In this document: piece by piece, positions 36,676 to 51,320 of the stretch
Position numbering within the stretch: position 1 is the stretch's first letter
How the letters are laid out: every line of letters starts with the position of its first letter
Source of the DNA: Octopus bimaculoides
Lineage: Eukaryota
Direction: 5' to 3'
Length of the DNA stretch: 64,000 bases
Assembly (NCBI RefSeq): GCF_001194135.2
Contig: NC_068997.1
Location: 2,948,912-3,012,911 of the forward strand
Position numbers and translations under genes: made by a program
The notes under the pieces: model-generated
Database searches by the model: none
Told to the model about the DNA's origin: nothing
What the model saw: only the letters and a program-made list of their open reading frames with translations

Positions 36676-37261
36676 TATATATATATATACATGTATATAT
36701 ACATATGTATATGTATATACAAATATCTGGAGAGAGAGAGAGAGTGACAAAAAGGGAGAGATGTAATGCACACACAGTTATCGATTTCTCTTATTCTATT
36801 TTTCTCACTTCAGCTTCTCTCAGTTTCCCTCTCTCTAAATTATCTTTGCCTTTTTCTCTGTCCTCGCAGTCTATTCCTCTGAAGCCTCCAAACTCAGCTC
36901 CCTCTTTTGCTTTTCTTATAGTAAGCCATTTAGGGCTATTTCTTACGTATATACAAAAATAAGAGGTAAGTGCTGTCCATGCTGGAGAATTTCACTACTA
37001 CAAAAATTCTTTTGCCACGAATGTCTGCCAGAGCCACAGGCAGACATGGAGTAGAAGTAGTTTAATCAATTTTTGACCTGGTGGTGTCAATGAAAACTTT
37101 CATCGATTTACTAAAAGTCCACATGTATCTATAGCTTATAGTTTTTAGAAATATATATATAGTAAGTGAGTATATGCATATATACGTACAGGTATGTGCA
37201 TACCGACATCCACCTGTATGTATAGGTGCATATCTGGGTACAGGACATATGTATGTATTAC

Positions 37262-37346
<85 letters not shown>

Positions 37347-37360
37347 TGTATGTGTGTGTT

Positions 37361-37398
<38 letters not shown>

Positions 37399-37429
37399 AT
37401 GACGTGGACTTTTGCTACGTTGAATTCTC

Positions 37430-37800
37430 TGCCTTCGTCGCATCACTTAATGAGTGGCAGATCGTTTCTAAAATGTTGCTCTCAGCAAGGGTCGGTAATT
37501 ATAACGTCAGACCAATAAACCATTTATGTTGCACAGAAAACGGGCTGTCTGCTCCAGGCGTTCGCCTTCTTCACGGCATATTCCAGTGCGTACTAGCATT
37601 ACAGATATATTTGCAGACGAATAAAAATGCCTAGTGCGATTATATGGTCTGAAGTGGAACTTATAACGAAGCTAGGAATACCTTATATCGTTATCCTTCT
37701 GGAGACAATGAAAATAGTCCTACTGTCGTTATCGATTTCTTAGAACGAAATTCACACGGCATAAGGTCTACTTTGTGGCGTTCATTCTTTTGTATTTAGC
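37430..37800 (-). mobile_element. Very degenerate CR1/L2-type LINE RT-end fragment
   Basis: Scattered LVR..LEYA, ERLEQ, SDHI and RNDL motifs across frameshifts. Confidence 0.35.
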
Positions 37801-40800
37801 GATATAACTGACTAAAATAGCTTCTGGAATTTTTACTGTATTTATTAGGTAGAATCTGAGAATGGAATTTGAAATGAAAGTTTATGAAATTAATTGATAT
37901 CATCCATTGTAATATGAGCAAAGTTGATATGGTTTGGACCTGATTCTAGAGTGGAAGCGAACTTAAATCATGTATAGACAATTGTTTGTGTAATCGTTAA
38001 ATTAACGGTGTATAACACTGTATAACACAGTTTTTGACTTTGGGTAGCAACTGTTTTTTTCCTATTTGCAGACGCCTAGAAAATACGAAAAGTCCCTAAT
38101 ATTTCCTTCAAATTTTGCTTTCGTTACGATATTTATTAACATATCTCAAAGAAACCCTTTCTTCACACGGCTATGATACTCCTCTACCACTCCTTCTCAT
38201 AATCAGAGGTGCATATATTTTCAGCTGCCAAGGGACATGCTCGAGTGCTTAAGGTCAAGCAACTGACAAGCAAATCTATGTTGAGTAGAATATTTGTTCT
38301 AACGATATTTGTATTTCAGCAACTCAGCGCTCAATTTGTCCGAAATGTAATGGAAAATAGTTCAGTTTCAAAACATTGATGTTCAGGTAACAAAATCAAA
38401 GTTTTATGGGAATAGTAGTCATTTCCTTTGATTTCTAGACAGAAGCAAATAGGAAATAGCACTTACTGAGCATAGGCAAAAAAAAAAATTTTGTTACACC
38501 GTGTAAACTTTCAGGTTTGAGTATAAATCCCGGTAACCTTAATATGAATTTTCATTTTCCCGGTGTCACTAGGTAATTATTCTAATCTGTTGACTTGCAT
38601 AGTTTATGTTATAGTTCATTGGCAGAATTGTAAGTGCATCGGACGAAACGACTAATTAGGCTTCTTCAAATTGCTAGCTTTGTGTCAGAATTTGAATCCA
38701 TTATTATCAATAAATAAACTCTACGTGTGTGTGTATATGTGTGTGAGTGTTTGTGTGTGTGTTTGTGTGTATGTATTCGTGTGAATAAGTACGTACATAG
38801 ATGTATACACACACACTCACACACGCACACACACACACACACACACATACACACACGTTACTCTCCTGAAGCGGATAGAACACATGGCATCAACCAAATA
38901 TCTTCGAGTTGGTGTTTGCAATTACGACATGAAGTTGTGACTTAACCAGTATACATTGCTCTTTGTAGGACACGCTGTCAATGGATAGGTATAAAAAGGA
39001 TCATCCCAGTTATGAAAATCTTTCATACATATTAATCTAAGGATTATTAGAGGAGAATTTCGGTCGAAACTTTTTATTTGCAAACATGATGTCAATTTGA
39101 AGTCTGAGGTCAAACAATAAACCTCATCTAATATCACAGAAGTTTGTCACCCTACTGTGGTGAGCATTTCTTCCAAAGTCAGCGAGAAAAATATCAGGGG
39201 ACAATTACTTCGAAACCTGCAGTTACTCTACTCTGACTATGAATTTAAATATATACCAATAACCAATACATCATACGGTGCACTTGGCTAACATATTCAT
39301 TACAGATACAATCTGTAAGAGGAACAGTAAAAATATGGAAGACTTTTCTAAATTTCTACGCTTAACAATTATCGTTGTTGTGATCCAACTTCCAATAAAT
39401 GAGCTTTTCTTTCTTTTCTTTTTTTTTTTTTTTGGTAGAAACTACTTCTTCCTTTCAAGAGGAGCACTAAATGATATGTTAAAGAAGTAGCACATATATA
39501 CACACATATGTACATATAAACATACAGGCACACAGAACAAACACACGTACACGCGCGCGTTCACACACACACACGCACACGGACATATGCACACACACGC
39601 ACATATGCACACACACACACATATAGGTGTCTGATTTGTTCGGGAGGATGTATAGTATTTAATTATATATTATGTTGGTAGTTGGGTAAATCTCCGTTGT
39701 CTCCTCTTGAAACACGTCTGCTGAATCCATTATTTCAATCTAATATGTATTCTTGGTTGCGGCTGTATTTTTAGTCAAAATAGATATCAAAAAGTAAGAA
39801 TTATGGAATATATTATTTGCGGAGTTATTGTATAGCAAAACAGGAAAATGAAATTTTTTTGTATTATATATTCACCATTACATATGTTTCATTTGCTAAT
39901 AGGAATTACAAAGTTTTATATGTTAAATAGACATGTAAGGAATTTCCTATTAGAAATTGTTCAGACAGCGAAATTAAATAATAGTATTTAATTATATAAT
40001 TATATTAAAGCAAATGGATCTTCCTTGACAATAATTATTCTATTGTTTCAACAGCTGATGTATTTGCTCGTTGAATTACTGTGTAAATAGTCGAACATTC
40101 TACCGACAGTTTCTGTCTACCCTACTTCACTTAGAATACATTATTGGAACCGTGGTTATGGTAAAATAAACTTGCTCAAGAAACAATACACAGAAATCGA
40201 AACCGAAAGCTCTGGATGTTCAACAAAATTCTGAAACTTTCGGGCATCCGTATTCGTTTCTTTGACACAGTTAAGTTAACATATATGATATAGTTAACAT
40301 ATTTAATGTATCGAGTATTAAAAAAATCTGAAAGGTAATAATTATGTTGTGAGGAAAATCAAAATTAGACGTAGACGAATATCGATTTGAACAGTAGCAA
40401 CACCTGGCAATGTTTCGCCTTTATTTGGACAATTTTCAGTGAAGCATGGACTGCACCATAATTACCAAAATTAGTTACGGCAGAATGACAAAGTAGACGT
40501 ACAATAATGTATAATAAAAGTCGTAGAAAACTATTTTACCAGAGACCCCCACATATATGTAAGATAATAGCTAACTCAATATTGACATATATATAATAAG
40601 ACAATAATCAAAAAGCCCTATGGAATAAAATATATATAAATCTATTTATTGTCATTGTATAATGTGTAATTATATATTTCCTCAATCTAGTATATGAATG
40701 TTACAATTATCGAATGAAGATTAAGTAAACCGTATTGGTAGATATCCTACATTTACTGCACTTTGGGAGTTTGATTCCAATTATCACAGTTAAGAATCAA

Positions 40801-41244
40801 TTCTTCAAATGTTGTTCTCTGGGGTATTTCAATTTCCGTGTTTCACGCATGACGTCACCATGGTAATTAGAAATTATAAACCACGTGATATCACTGTGGG
40901 CAAAATAACACTGGTGATTCACTTCGAAATATACTTTGGTGAACCGAAGTGAAATTAGATTTTACAACATAATATTGAAATCCCAGAAGCAAAGGTGATT
41001 GTGTGCATCAAGAAAACGTGATAGGTGTATTTGTTTTAGTAAACACGTTAAGAAATAACACATTACTAATAACTCTAACGACACCTTGCACATAGATACG
41101 TACACATAAATCTGTGCGTAGATATGCAGGTTAGGGCGTGCGCGTGCGTCTGTGTACGGGTGTTTTTTTGCCGAACTGAAAAACAAATCAGTGACTGCAA
41201 TAAAACGCAAGGCATATACTTCAACTTAGTTTTGATAATAATAA

Positions 41245-41392
41245 TAATAATAACGACAGCAAGGATTATCAGGAGAATTCGAAGCACTTAAAAGACTGCT
41301 GAAAACTTGTAGATACGTAACGTTACGGGCAGTAACCTGCTAGAAACATATATCCTAACAGGAATAAGACCAAACCCGAACCAAACCAAAGT
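41245..41392 (+). mobile_element. About 150-bp Dong/R4 3' stub inside (TAA)n
   Basis: TARIIRRIRST* plus a short 3' UTR, with (TAA)n at 41227-41243 and from 41393. Confidence 0.6.
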
Positions 41393-41410
41393 AATAATAA
41401 TAATAATTAT

Positions 41411-41485
<75 letters not shown>

Positions 41486-41989
41486 AACAATGTCAGGAAC
41501 AATAATAACTCGATGCACTAGTAGGCAACGGCTCCAGTGGCTTCTGATCTTAACCGATTGAAAGTGTTATCATGCAATTGTCTTGTCTTTGTGTAAAAGA
41601 TAGCCGACAGCAAATACGCTGTTCAAGACCACAAATTTGTTGGCCGTTTGTTTGACCTTAACCGTTTCAGGATGTCCATTAGTGGTTGACGATATGTGCA
41701 CCTCCGATCACGAGCAGAACTAGTGGGGAGCATCATAGCAATGCGTTAGTAGGAATTCTTTGGGCCTTAATTACTTCACCTCTGGAAACACGGGCTTTTC
41801 GTTTGACGTTCTTAAACAAACCTTATTCAGGAGATCACCCTGTAGCGCACATATCGTTGTGATGCACGTGCCCAGTGTACATTTATCAGACGGGTAGTCA
41901 TAATGGCTATTTGGGGATTCGTATATTTCTACCCTTGTGTCATTTTGATGGCATGCACTTCTCTATCATTCAAAAACAACAACAAAAAC

Positions 41990-42030
<41 letters not shown>

Positions 42031-42052
42031 CGATGATGATGATGATGATGAT

Positions 42053-42895
42053 CGCTAAAAGCACCATGGAACAGAGAAACCTTATCAAAATTGTCCAGAG
42101 TTTCAGCAAGGACATCGGAATGAGCATGGGGCTGGACAAATGTGCCACGGTCACACTGAGAAGGAGCTAATTAATCAGCACTGATAATATTAAACTCGAC
42201 ATATACACAGAAATTAGAGAATTAGATCACAACTGGACATCAAATATTTAGGAATAGACGAAACAACACACACAAATAAAAGAAAAAAAATAGGAGAAAG
42301 TATTACAGAAGAGTTAGATTAATTCTAAACACTGAATTTAATGCGAAAAAATAAGATGATAGTGATAAACACGCTTGCTACAGCAGTCCTAAACTACAGC
42401 TTTAAAATAATAAACTGGAAGACCAGTGAATGGAGAAACCTAGATAGAAATACCAGGTTCTACTAACAGCGTACCGAATCCCCATCGCAAAGCAGGCTCA
42501 GACAAAATATATCTACCCCGCTCAGAAGGACTCCGTTGTGTGATATAGACAGAGAACTACTATAAAATATCAACTATTGAACTAGGAAAGTACAAAGAAG
42601 CAAAGAGTGGAAGACTACTGCATGTAGTAAAGCAACACGAGAAAAGAAAACGCATTTCTGTATACACGAAGAGGCGACAAAATATAAAACAGAACCAAAG
42701 AACACTGACACACTGACCTCAGATTACAACATAGCAGAGAAAGTCAAAGAGACAAAAAAAAAAGAAAAAGCAAAATGAAAACAGAATTACAAAAGATACT
42801 GAAGAAGAAATGGAGAGAAAAATCACTCCATGGTTAATACCCTGCAAGGCTTGACAGAGGAAATGAGCCTAGGTAAAAACCAACTGCCTTTAGGA
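42053..42895 (+). mobile_element. Dong/R4-clade RT fragment
   Basis: LIKIVQSFSKDIGMSMGLDKCATV; LNTEFNAKNKMIVINTLATAVLNYSFKIINWKTSEWRNLDR. Follows (AAT)/(GAT)n. Confidence 0.8.
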
Positions 42896-42934
42896 AATAA
42901 CCTCTTACATTGTAAATACTCTAGTAGACTTTTT

Positions 42935-43245
42935 CTTTCCATCTGTACACATTATTCTATTGCTATTTAGCCTCTTCCACCGTGGTTTCTCCTCAAGTAC
43001 AGTCGGTTGATATCAACTTTCGGATGGTGGGTTTCATACATCATCAAAACCTTCCTAGCCTTTCTGTCAAGTTTCTTTATATCCTTTCTAGTCGAGTCTA
43101 TAATTCCAACTCTCTACAGGTAATTTGTGTACTCTCTAATGGCAATTTGCTTCATTTCTTCATTTTTTAAAATCTCATCTGTTTCCATTATTCCCAAGTA
43201 CTTATACTGCTGTCCTTTCTCAACCACTACCAGTAGAGAGTACAC
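42935..43245 (-). mobile_element. Dong/R4-clade RT fragment
   Basis: QQYKYLGIMETD..VGIIDSTRKDIKKLDRKARKVLMMYETHHPKVDINRLYLRRNHGGRG. Confidence 0.8.
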
Positions 43246-43269
43246 AAGGCGAGTCAGGAAATTATTGCA

Positions 43270-43405
43270 GTGAAAGGTGAAATCCCAGTAAGTTCAAGAG
43301 CAGTACCCTTAATCAAGTAGGGAGTTGGAATAATAGACTGGACCAGAAACGATATAATGAAACTTGACAGAAAAAAACTAGGAAGTTGATGACGATGTAT
43401 GGATC
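43270..43405 (+). mobile_element. Dong/R4-clade RT fragment, inverted relative to the previous one
   Basis: AVPLIK*GVGIIDWTRNDIMKLDRK..RKLMTMYG; followed by (CAT)n. Confidence 0.75.
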
Positions 43406-43410
43406 CAATT

Positions 43411-43483
<73 letters not shown>

Positions 43484-44517
43484 CAATAATAATAGCATAT
43501 AAATATATAACTGTATTATGGTTATTAAACTTTTATAGGGAAACGTTGATAGTGACTTCGAAATTTAATTCATGATGAATTGCATTTATAACTTAACGTG
43601 CGCGTGTGTGTATGTATGAATGTATGCATGTACACCCACACATGCACACACACACATACACATGCACACCTGCGCCAATACATATATTAGCAGAATAATA
43701 CGTGTGTATGAAGCATGACCCATTTCAATAAATATTTTGCTCACCCAGACTTTTCACAAGAATGATAATTTGCGACGGATGCTCAATAAATAGCAACGGA
43801 AAAAAGAAGCTGAAAGAGAAGCCGTATAAGCTAAACTACTAGAACACAGGTCTGTAATGACCTGCTATTTCTATATATGACTTCTATGTATCATTACTGA
43901 ACATCATTACTGTATATCATTATTATATATAATTTTTATATATCCTTACTACATATCATTATCATATATAAATAAACAAATCAAATATAAATAAAGAAAC
44001 AAAAACAATCAAAGTCAAAAGTATATACACAGTGAACGTATTAGTTTGACTCTCAGTTTAAGACAGGAAAAAAAGGAGGTGTGATATTTCGAACATGGCT
44101 GTTGTANNNNNNNNNNNNNNNNNNNNNNNNNNNNNNNNNNNNNNNNNNNNNNNNNNNNNNNNNNNNNNNNNNNNNNNNNNNNNNNNNNNNNNNNNNNNNN
44201 NNNNNNNNNNNNNNNNNNNNNNNNNNNNNNNNNNNNNNNNNNNNNNNNNNNNNNNNNNNNNNNNNNNNNNNNNNNNNNNNNNNNNNNNNNNNNNNNNNNN
44301 NNNNNNNNNNNNNNNNNNNNNNNNNNNNNNNNNNNNNNNNNNNNNNNNNNNNNNNNNNNNNNNNNNNNNNNNNNNNNNNNNNNNNNNNNNNNNNNNNNNN
44401 NNNNNNNNNNNNNNNNNNNNNNNNNNNNNNNNNNNNNNNNNNNNNNNNNNNNNNNNNNNNNNNNNNNNNNNNNNNNNNNNNNNNNNNNNNNNNNNNNNNN
44501 NNNNNNNNNNNNNNNNN

Positions 44518-44552
<35 letters not shown>

Positions 44553-44689
44553 AACGAGGACTGATCTATAAGTATCGAGACTGTTGCCATAGAAACGAAG
44601 CTAAAACATGTATAGTGAAGCGGCTTGGCAAAGATTGACTTTGAACTCTGCTGTGCATGTACACTTAGTTTTAATATTCCAACTCACTT

Positions 44690-45400
44690 CTATTGTTTGC
44701 AGAAGTGCTTGGAAGGAAGGTGTGTAGCGTGATCGTTGCAAAGACCATGGCAGAGAAAGTTGTCATGGCGATACATGCTCAGAGGTCGACGCAAAGTTCC
44801 ACAAAGTGTACGAGAGGAGTATATGAGCCGCACACAAGTGTACGAGTGATTCAGACGTTTCCAGGATTGCCGAAAAAATGTCATTAGTGACGAACATTCT
44901 GGGAGGCCTGCAACCAGCAGAACTGAGAATAACATGGCAGGTGTACGTACAACTGTGAAGGGAAATCATCGTATTACCATCTGTGAAGTATCAGAGGATG
45001 TGAAGATTAGTTAAAGTTCAGTTCAATCCATTATACTGAATATTTGAGTATGAGACGCGTGTCTCTCAAGTTTGTGCCCAAACTACTTTCAGCTGCCAAA
45101 AATGACTCTCGGGATTCAGCTGCACAAGATCTCGTTGACTGCGTCGAGAACGATGAAAACTATCGCCAGGTATCGCTGGTATCGCAGGAAACTTTTAGCT
45201 AAACCTGATGCTGTCATGGTCAATGCGGCGATCACACGCTACACACCTTCCTTCCAAGAACTGCTGTAAACAACAAGAGTGAGCTGGAGCGTTGTAACTT
45301 AGTGTGAATGCACAGCAGAGTATACGATCAATCGTTGCCAAGCGGCTTTACATCGAGTGTTTTAATTTCGTTACTATGACAACAGTCCTGATACTTATTG
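44690..45400 (+). mobile_element. mariner transposon relic (transposase N-terminal HTH region, internally deleted)
   Basis: EEYMSRTQVYE*FRRFQDCRKNVISDEHSGRPATSRTENN..RITICEVSEDVKIS..MRRVSLKFVPKLL; catalytic domain missing. Confidence 0.85.
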
Positions 45401-45699
45401 ATCGGAACACGATGCATGTATATGTATATATACACACACATATATATATCATTATTATATCTATTATTTAATTTGTGACTTTATCGGTCATTTTCCGTCG
45501 CTTATAATTTTTCTTAGCTCCTACTTACGTATTTCTCAGGTTATTACTTGCATGACAATAAACCTAATTTAGTAATTTCAACTTACTCTCATATATTAAC
45601 ACTCTGGTCATGCTTATTTTAACTTCTTTTGCCAACTCTCTCTATTGCTTCATCTATTTAACTATCCAATCACTTTAGCCTTTGACACAGCTCCCTGTT

Positions 45700-45900
45700 A
45701 TTTTGCTTTACATTTTTTTCTATTTTCGTCATCAATTAGACTGTCCAGGTATTGTATTATAGTGGCTTTTTTCACTATTCAACACCTAACAAACAAGTCT
45801 TATTGACAGGAACACTGTTTCAAAGAGTTCACCGCCCAAGATATCATCATATTTTATGAACAAATGTAAGTTGCATTTTTTCCTATCAGTCTAGAAAATT
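45700..45900 (-). mobile_element. Possible Penelope GIY-YIG C-terminal relic
   Basis: Weak: NKTCLL..EKATIIQYLDSL resembles the CxLCxxEKxxI motif. Confidence 0.25.
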
Positions 45901-46165
45901 TTAAAGCACTTCCTTTGTTTTTTCTTACGAATATTTAGATTCTTTCTCTAACAGTAGATACAGTATATAGAAGATATTTAACTGTTTTTTTTAAGCAGAT
46001 ATCTTACCATTTTACTTATTCCACTTATTGTCGCAGAATACCGAATACATTTCTTCTGGCATACTGATTCTCTATTTTAGTTCGCTTATCCTTTGGCTAT
46101 TTCCAGTTTTATCTATTGGGTTCACCTCATTTACACACACACACACATTTATATATATATATACG

Positions 46166-46201
<36 letters not shown>

Positions 46202-46265
46202 AATGTGTGTGTATACGCACACACATATATATGTTTATAAATAGAGGTATGTATGCATATATATA

Positions 46266-47612
46266 CAGCGTCCCCCAAAAGAATGTATACATACGTCAAG
46301 AAAGGAAAAATTTGTGCAAATATTTTACTGCATACGTACCTCTATAAATATAGATACCACTTTCGATGTTTCATCAAATTGCGATAACCTGTTTACCGTA
46401 GTACGATATCTTCTCAATAGATGGCGTTACCCTCGTGGCTGTAGCGTCAATAATGACGTCTACAATATTGAGGACGTATAATTATCGCTTGAGGAATGTA
46501 ACATCATTTTAAAGTGATGTTCCAAATTTGAGAATATATTGTCGAAGTTCAAAGTCAGTGGATCCATGAGTTTGGAACACCTTCAACGCATTTCCCAATT
46601 CCACGGATTCGTGATGAATTTAAAGCTCATGATACTGTGTATCATATACATAGGGAAAAATCTGGCAGACCTTGTACAGTAGGAAGTGTTGCTTCCTCGG
46701 TTATGGTAATGGAATAGTTCACACATTTTCCACAGCAGTCTACCATACGACGTGCTCGTGAAACCGGGATCATCAGTACAAGCATACGACACATTCTTAA
46801 AAGAGCTCAGTGGAATGTTTACATCCCAAGTTTATTGCATGCAATTAATGAAGTCGATTCAGATTGAAGAAGTTTTGTGAGTAGTTTTAACATATTTTAG
46901 GCGTGGATGAAGAGCTGGTGCGAAAGATTGTGTGGTCAGATAAAGTATAATTCCAGCTAAATGGAACAGTGAACTGACATGTGTTTACTCATCATCAGAA
47001 AAACCTCACGTTCATCTGGACAAAGCAGTCAATTTACCAGATGTCAATGTCTGGTGACGAGTGTCAGCTAGAGGCTTAGTAGGGCCATTTTCCTTTGAAG
47101 GTACTGTTATTGGTCAGGCATACCTAGATTTGCTACACACATCAATCTTACCTGCCATTCATGAGCTTTATCGAAATGATTTTTCTTTCAACAAGACAGC
47201 ATACTGCCACGCTACCTCTAAGACGTGTGAGCCTATCACAATGAGAATTTGCAAGGGTACTGGCTAAGAAGAGGTTCAGTCAAGTTCCGCTCAAGTTCTG
47301 ATTTAACACATGGAGAGTTTGACTTGTGGGGGTCCCTAAAGGACGTCGTGTATCGCAGAACTAAGACAAAAAACAAACCTGAAAATGCTCGAGAAGCAAT
47401 CCCGCAGGACACTTTGGCTAACGTTGCACAAGAAGTAGTTTGTCGTACACATAAATGTCTGGAAGCTAATGGCCAACACTTTGAGCACCGCTTGTAATTG
47501 TAGAATCCAAATGTAACTTGTATCAATCCCGTGATGTCTGAATAAGTTTAGTATTGAAATATAGTGATTTTTTCCTTTCTTGAAGTGTGTATACATATTT
47601 GGCGAGGAGCAG
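46266..47612 (+). mobile_element. Tc1/mariner-superfamily (ITm) element with degenerate TIRs and a pseudogenised transposase
   Basis: Left end TA|CAGCGTCCCCCAAAAGAATGTATACATACGTCAAGAAAGGAAAAA matches the reverse of about 47570-47612. Motifs RHILKRAQW..IVWSDK..FQLNGTVN; GLVGPFSFEGTV..YLDLL; SSDLT..FDLWGSLKDVVY. Confidence 0.85.
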
Positions 47613-47822
47613 TTTGTCAAGTTTTACCTTCCACCCAAAGCAGCATAGAAATTTCAATTCAACAGCCCATCTGTAAGCTTTGCAGTGTGTGTGTATGTGA
47701 GAGAGAACATTGCAAACAATTAATGAATTAAACATGAAATAAATAAAAAAACGCGTATAAATAAATGTGTATGAGTACGTATACGTATGTAGGTGTATAA
47801 ATTCATATATAAATTCATACAT

Positions 47823-47902
<80 letters not shown>

Positions 47903-48557
47903 GCGTGTGCGCGTAGTGTGTGTGTCTGTGTATCTATGTTCGTGTGTGTAGCTCAAAATCTTAATAGCTGTGCATAAATATATGACAGACGACAATACAG
48001 TATATACTGTTCGTGGAAGTCGCAGGGACGTAGACAGGACGGAATACCAAATATATAGAACTGTAGCATTTAACCATACCATTGGACATGTGTACGCATG
48101 TGTGCATGTGTGCATGAGAGCATATATGCATTGGAAACATAATCACACATTGTCTATTTGCCTGGCAATCAAATGAAAAAAAAAAAACAGCTGAGAATGG
48201 CAGCTGGAAAATATAGGTGTGTCTTATTACTGTGTTTTGTATATATTCGAGGCAGACGATGAGTTGTATGTAAATCAATACTATCTATTCATAGCATGAG
48301 GCTTAGTCTACCAGTCAGGGCAGGCAGTCAAGAATTTATGTAGATTTATCTCCTCTCAAATATGGATATCATAAAATATCAAACGATGTCCTCTTCGTCT
48401 TAATATTTTTCGCTTTTGTTTCCTTTTTTGTTTGTTTGTTTTATTTTACTTCTTTGTACTGCTGTTATTGTTGTTGCAGTAGCCCGTCTTAATGTCATTT
48501 TTATTATTATTGTTATTGATGTTATTGTCATTATTATTATTATTGTTGTTGTTGTTG

Positions 48558-48673
<116 letters not shown>

Positions 48674-48799
48674 TTCTTTTACTATCTTCACTGATGCTAA
48701 ACTTTATACAACACCTGTACTCTCTCTACTATACATTAATATCAATTATGAACCGATATTTCAATAATATTAGAGAAGGTTAGAATATAAAAAAATGTC

Positions 48800-48861
<62 letters not shown>

Positions 48862-49827
48862 CAAATATATATATATATATATATGTATATGCTTGCACTC
48901 ACACACACACATACACACAGAGGCTCGTATTGTTGACTTATATACGTCATTGTCGAAGGTGTCCATTGCTAATTTAAGAGTTGATGTTATTGGGCTGCTA
49001 CATCTAGTAAGTCAAGTATCTATGTAGAAGACCCTTTTAGTGTACACTATCACCAACCGGGATTCACTGATATCACTCTACACGGAGAATGATATTAAGT
49101 AGGCAGCGATAACAGACGTACCATGCGATATTCCAGTGTTTCAGAGAAAAGCTCTCAATCTTCCCCTTTCCCTCCTCTGCAGCCTTTTCAGTATCTATTT
49201 GATTTCCTAAGAGTGTGGTCTGTTTGTTTGTCTGTCTGTCTGTCTGTCTATCTATTATATCTATCTATCTGTTTTTCTCTCTCTGTAGCTATGTCTTTAT
49301 TGCCATATGTCTGTCAGTCTGAATGGCTGTCTATATATTTCTCTGTTTATGAATACCCGAAATATGCGTGATGGAATAATTAAATCCTTGATAATTTACT
49401 ATAGAAATTGTTTTTCATTTGAAATAATATTTGATATTTTAACTTCTAAAACCAGTCAATCTGTCTGATTCTATAGCTGTCTGTCTAGCTATCTACCTAC
49501 TTACCTGCGTATATACACACCTACGTACATAAATACTTGTCTGCAGAGAGTCGCTGAGTATATTACTTATATGTGTGCCTGTATTTGTGTACATATATGT
49601 AAGAGTGTCAGTGTGTGAGTATATGTGTGTGTGTGCGTGTGTGTGTGTGTGTGTGTGTCTGTCTGTCTGTCTGTCTATGTGTGAACATGTTTGACCCAAG
49701 GTGTGGATAAATGCTAGGTACGTGTGTACTTTTTAATGTACGTATCTCTCCTCTTTTTCTGTGTAGGTGTGTGTGTGCGTATGTGTGAATACACACATAC
49801 GCACACTCATACACATATATGCAAATA

Positions 49828-49930
<103 letters not shown>

Positions 49931-50647
49931 CTGTGTGTGTGTGTGTGTGTATGTGTGTATGTATATGAGATTATACAGACATGTATATTGAAACATACAC
50001 ATACATACATACATACATTACACACACACATACACACACACATACATACATACACACACACATACATACATACATACATACATAAGCAAATACATACGCA
50101 CGTGCATGCTCCCGCACAGTGACACTAACGCTCGAATACGATTAATTTCGCTAATTAAATTGTTCTTTGAAAAATAAGTTGTTTTTTTTCCCCTGCAAAT
50201 TTCCTGTTTTAACCATGTCCAATAGGCGTCAATATATTCTAACGATGTGGCATTGGTGGAAAATTGTTCAGATATTACAATCTGTCACAGTTTTTGCTTG
50301 TTTACTTGTTTGTGTGATTTTTCGCATTTTGTTTAAAATTCCCTCATCAATAAATGTTAATATTCATTACAATTTAACTTTGAATATATTTATTATAAGA
50401 AGAATATGTTTTTGACTATCAATAAATTAATTTATGATATTAAATTTTTAATAAGTTACCTACAATTATTGCTTTCTATCTTTGCACAAGTCGGTATTGA
50501 ATGGAGAATGTACTGTATACCTACTCTTTTCAGACATTACAGAACTCTTATTTATTTAATGGTACTTCAGGTGCTGGGTGACGTCAATCTCATAGTGTTC
50601 GAACTCAGAACCTACAGGTGATTATATAAGCGCTACAAACTATCGAT

Positions 50648-51026
50648 TTCAAATTTTGGCACAAGCCAGCCATTTCAGGTGTGGGTGGGTAAGTCGATTA
50701 CGGCGACTCCAGTGTCCAACTGGTACTTATTCTTTCGGCCTTGAAGAGATGAAAAGCAAAGTCGACCTTGGCGGAATTTGAACTCAGAATGATATGACGG
50801 GCGAAACGCTGCTAAGTACTTTGCCCGGCGTGCTAACGATTCCGACAAGCTGGTTCCTTAGTGCTAAAAGAGGTTATTGCTTTCTGGTGCTTCAGTTATG
50901 AAAATCAGTTTGTTAGTTAACTAAGTATAGAACATGACAAACCGATATAAACATAAACACAGGCACAGACTTGAACACGCAAAATGTATTAACACGCACT
51001 CACGCGCGCGTGCATGTATGTGAGTG

Positions 51027-51058
<32 letters not shown>

Positions 51059-51320
51059 TGTATGTATGTATGCATGTATGTATGTACGTTATTTCGTTAC
51101 TGCCCACAAGGGGCTACACACAAAGGGGACAAACAAGGACAGACAAAGGGATTAAGTCGATTACATCGACCCCAGTGCGTAACTGGTACTTATTAACGCC
51201 GAAAGGATGAAAGGTGAAGTCGAACTCGACAGCATTTGAACTCAAAACATAATATTGCTGGAAGAAATGCCACTTAACATCTTGACCGATCTAGCAACGG
51301 TTCTGCCACAATTAGCTGCC
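50648..51320 (-). mobile_element. Two SINE family A copies (50648-50855, about 51100-51320)
   Basis: AACTGGTACTTATT..GATGAAA(A/G)G(C/T)(A/G)AAGTCGA..ATTTGAACTCA. Confidence 0.85.

Noticed and set aside
39120-39205. Kinase DFG motif (LADFG, minus strand 39186-39172)
   Set aside because: It sits in a frame of about 27 codons between stops, with no HRD or APE motif and no convincing splice sites.
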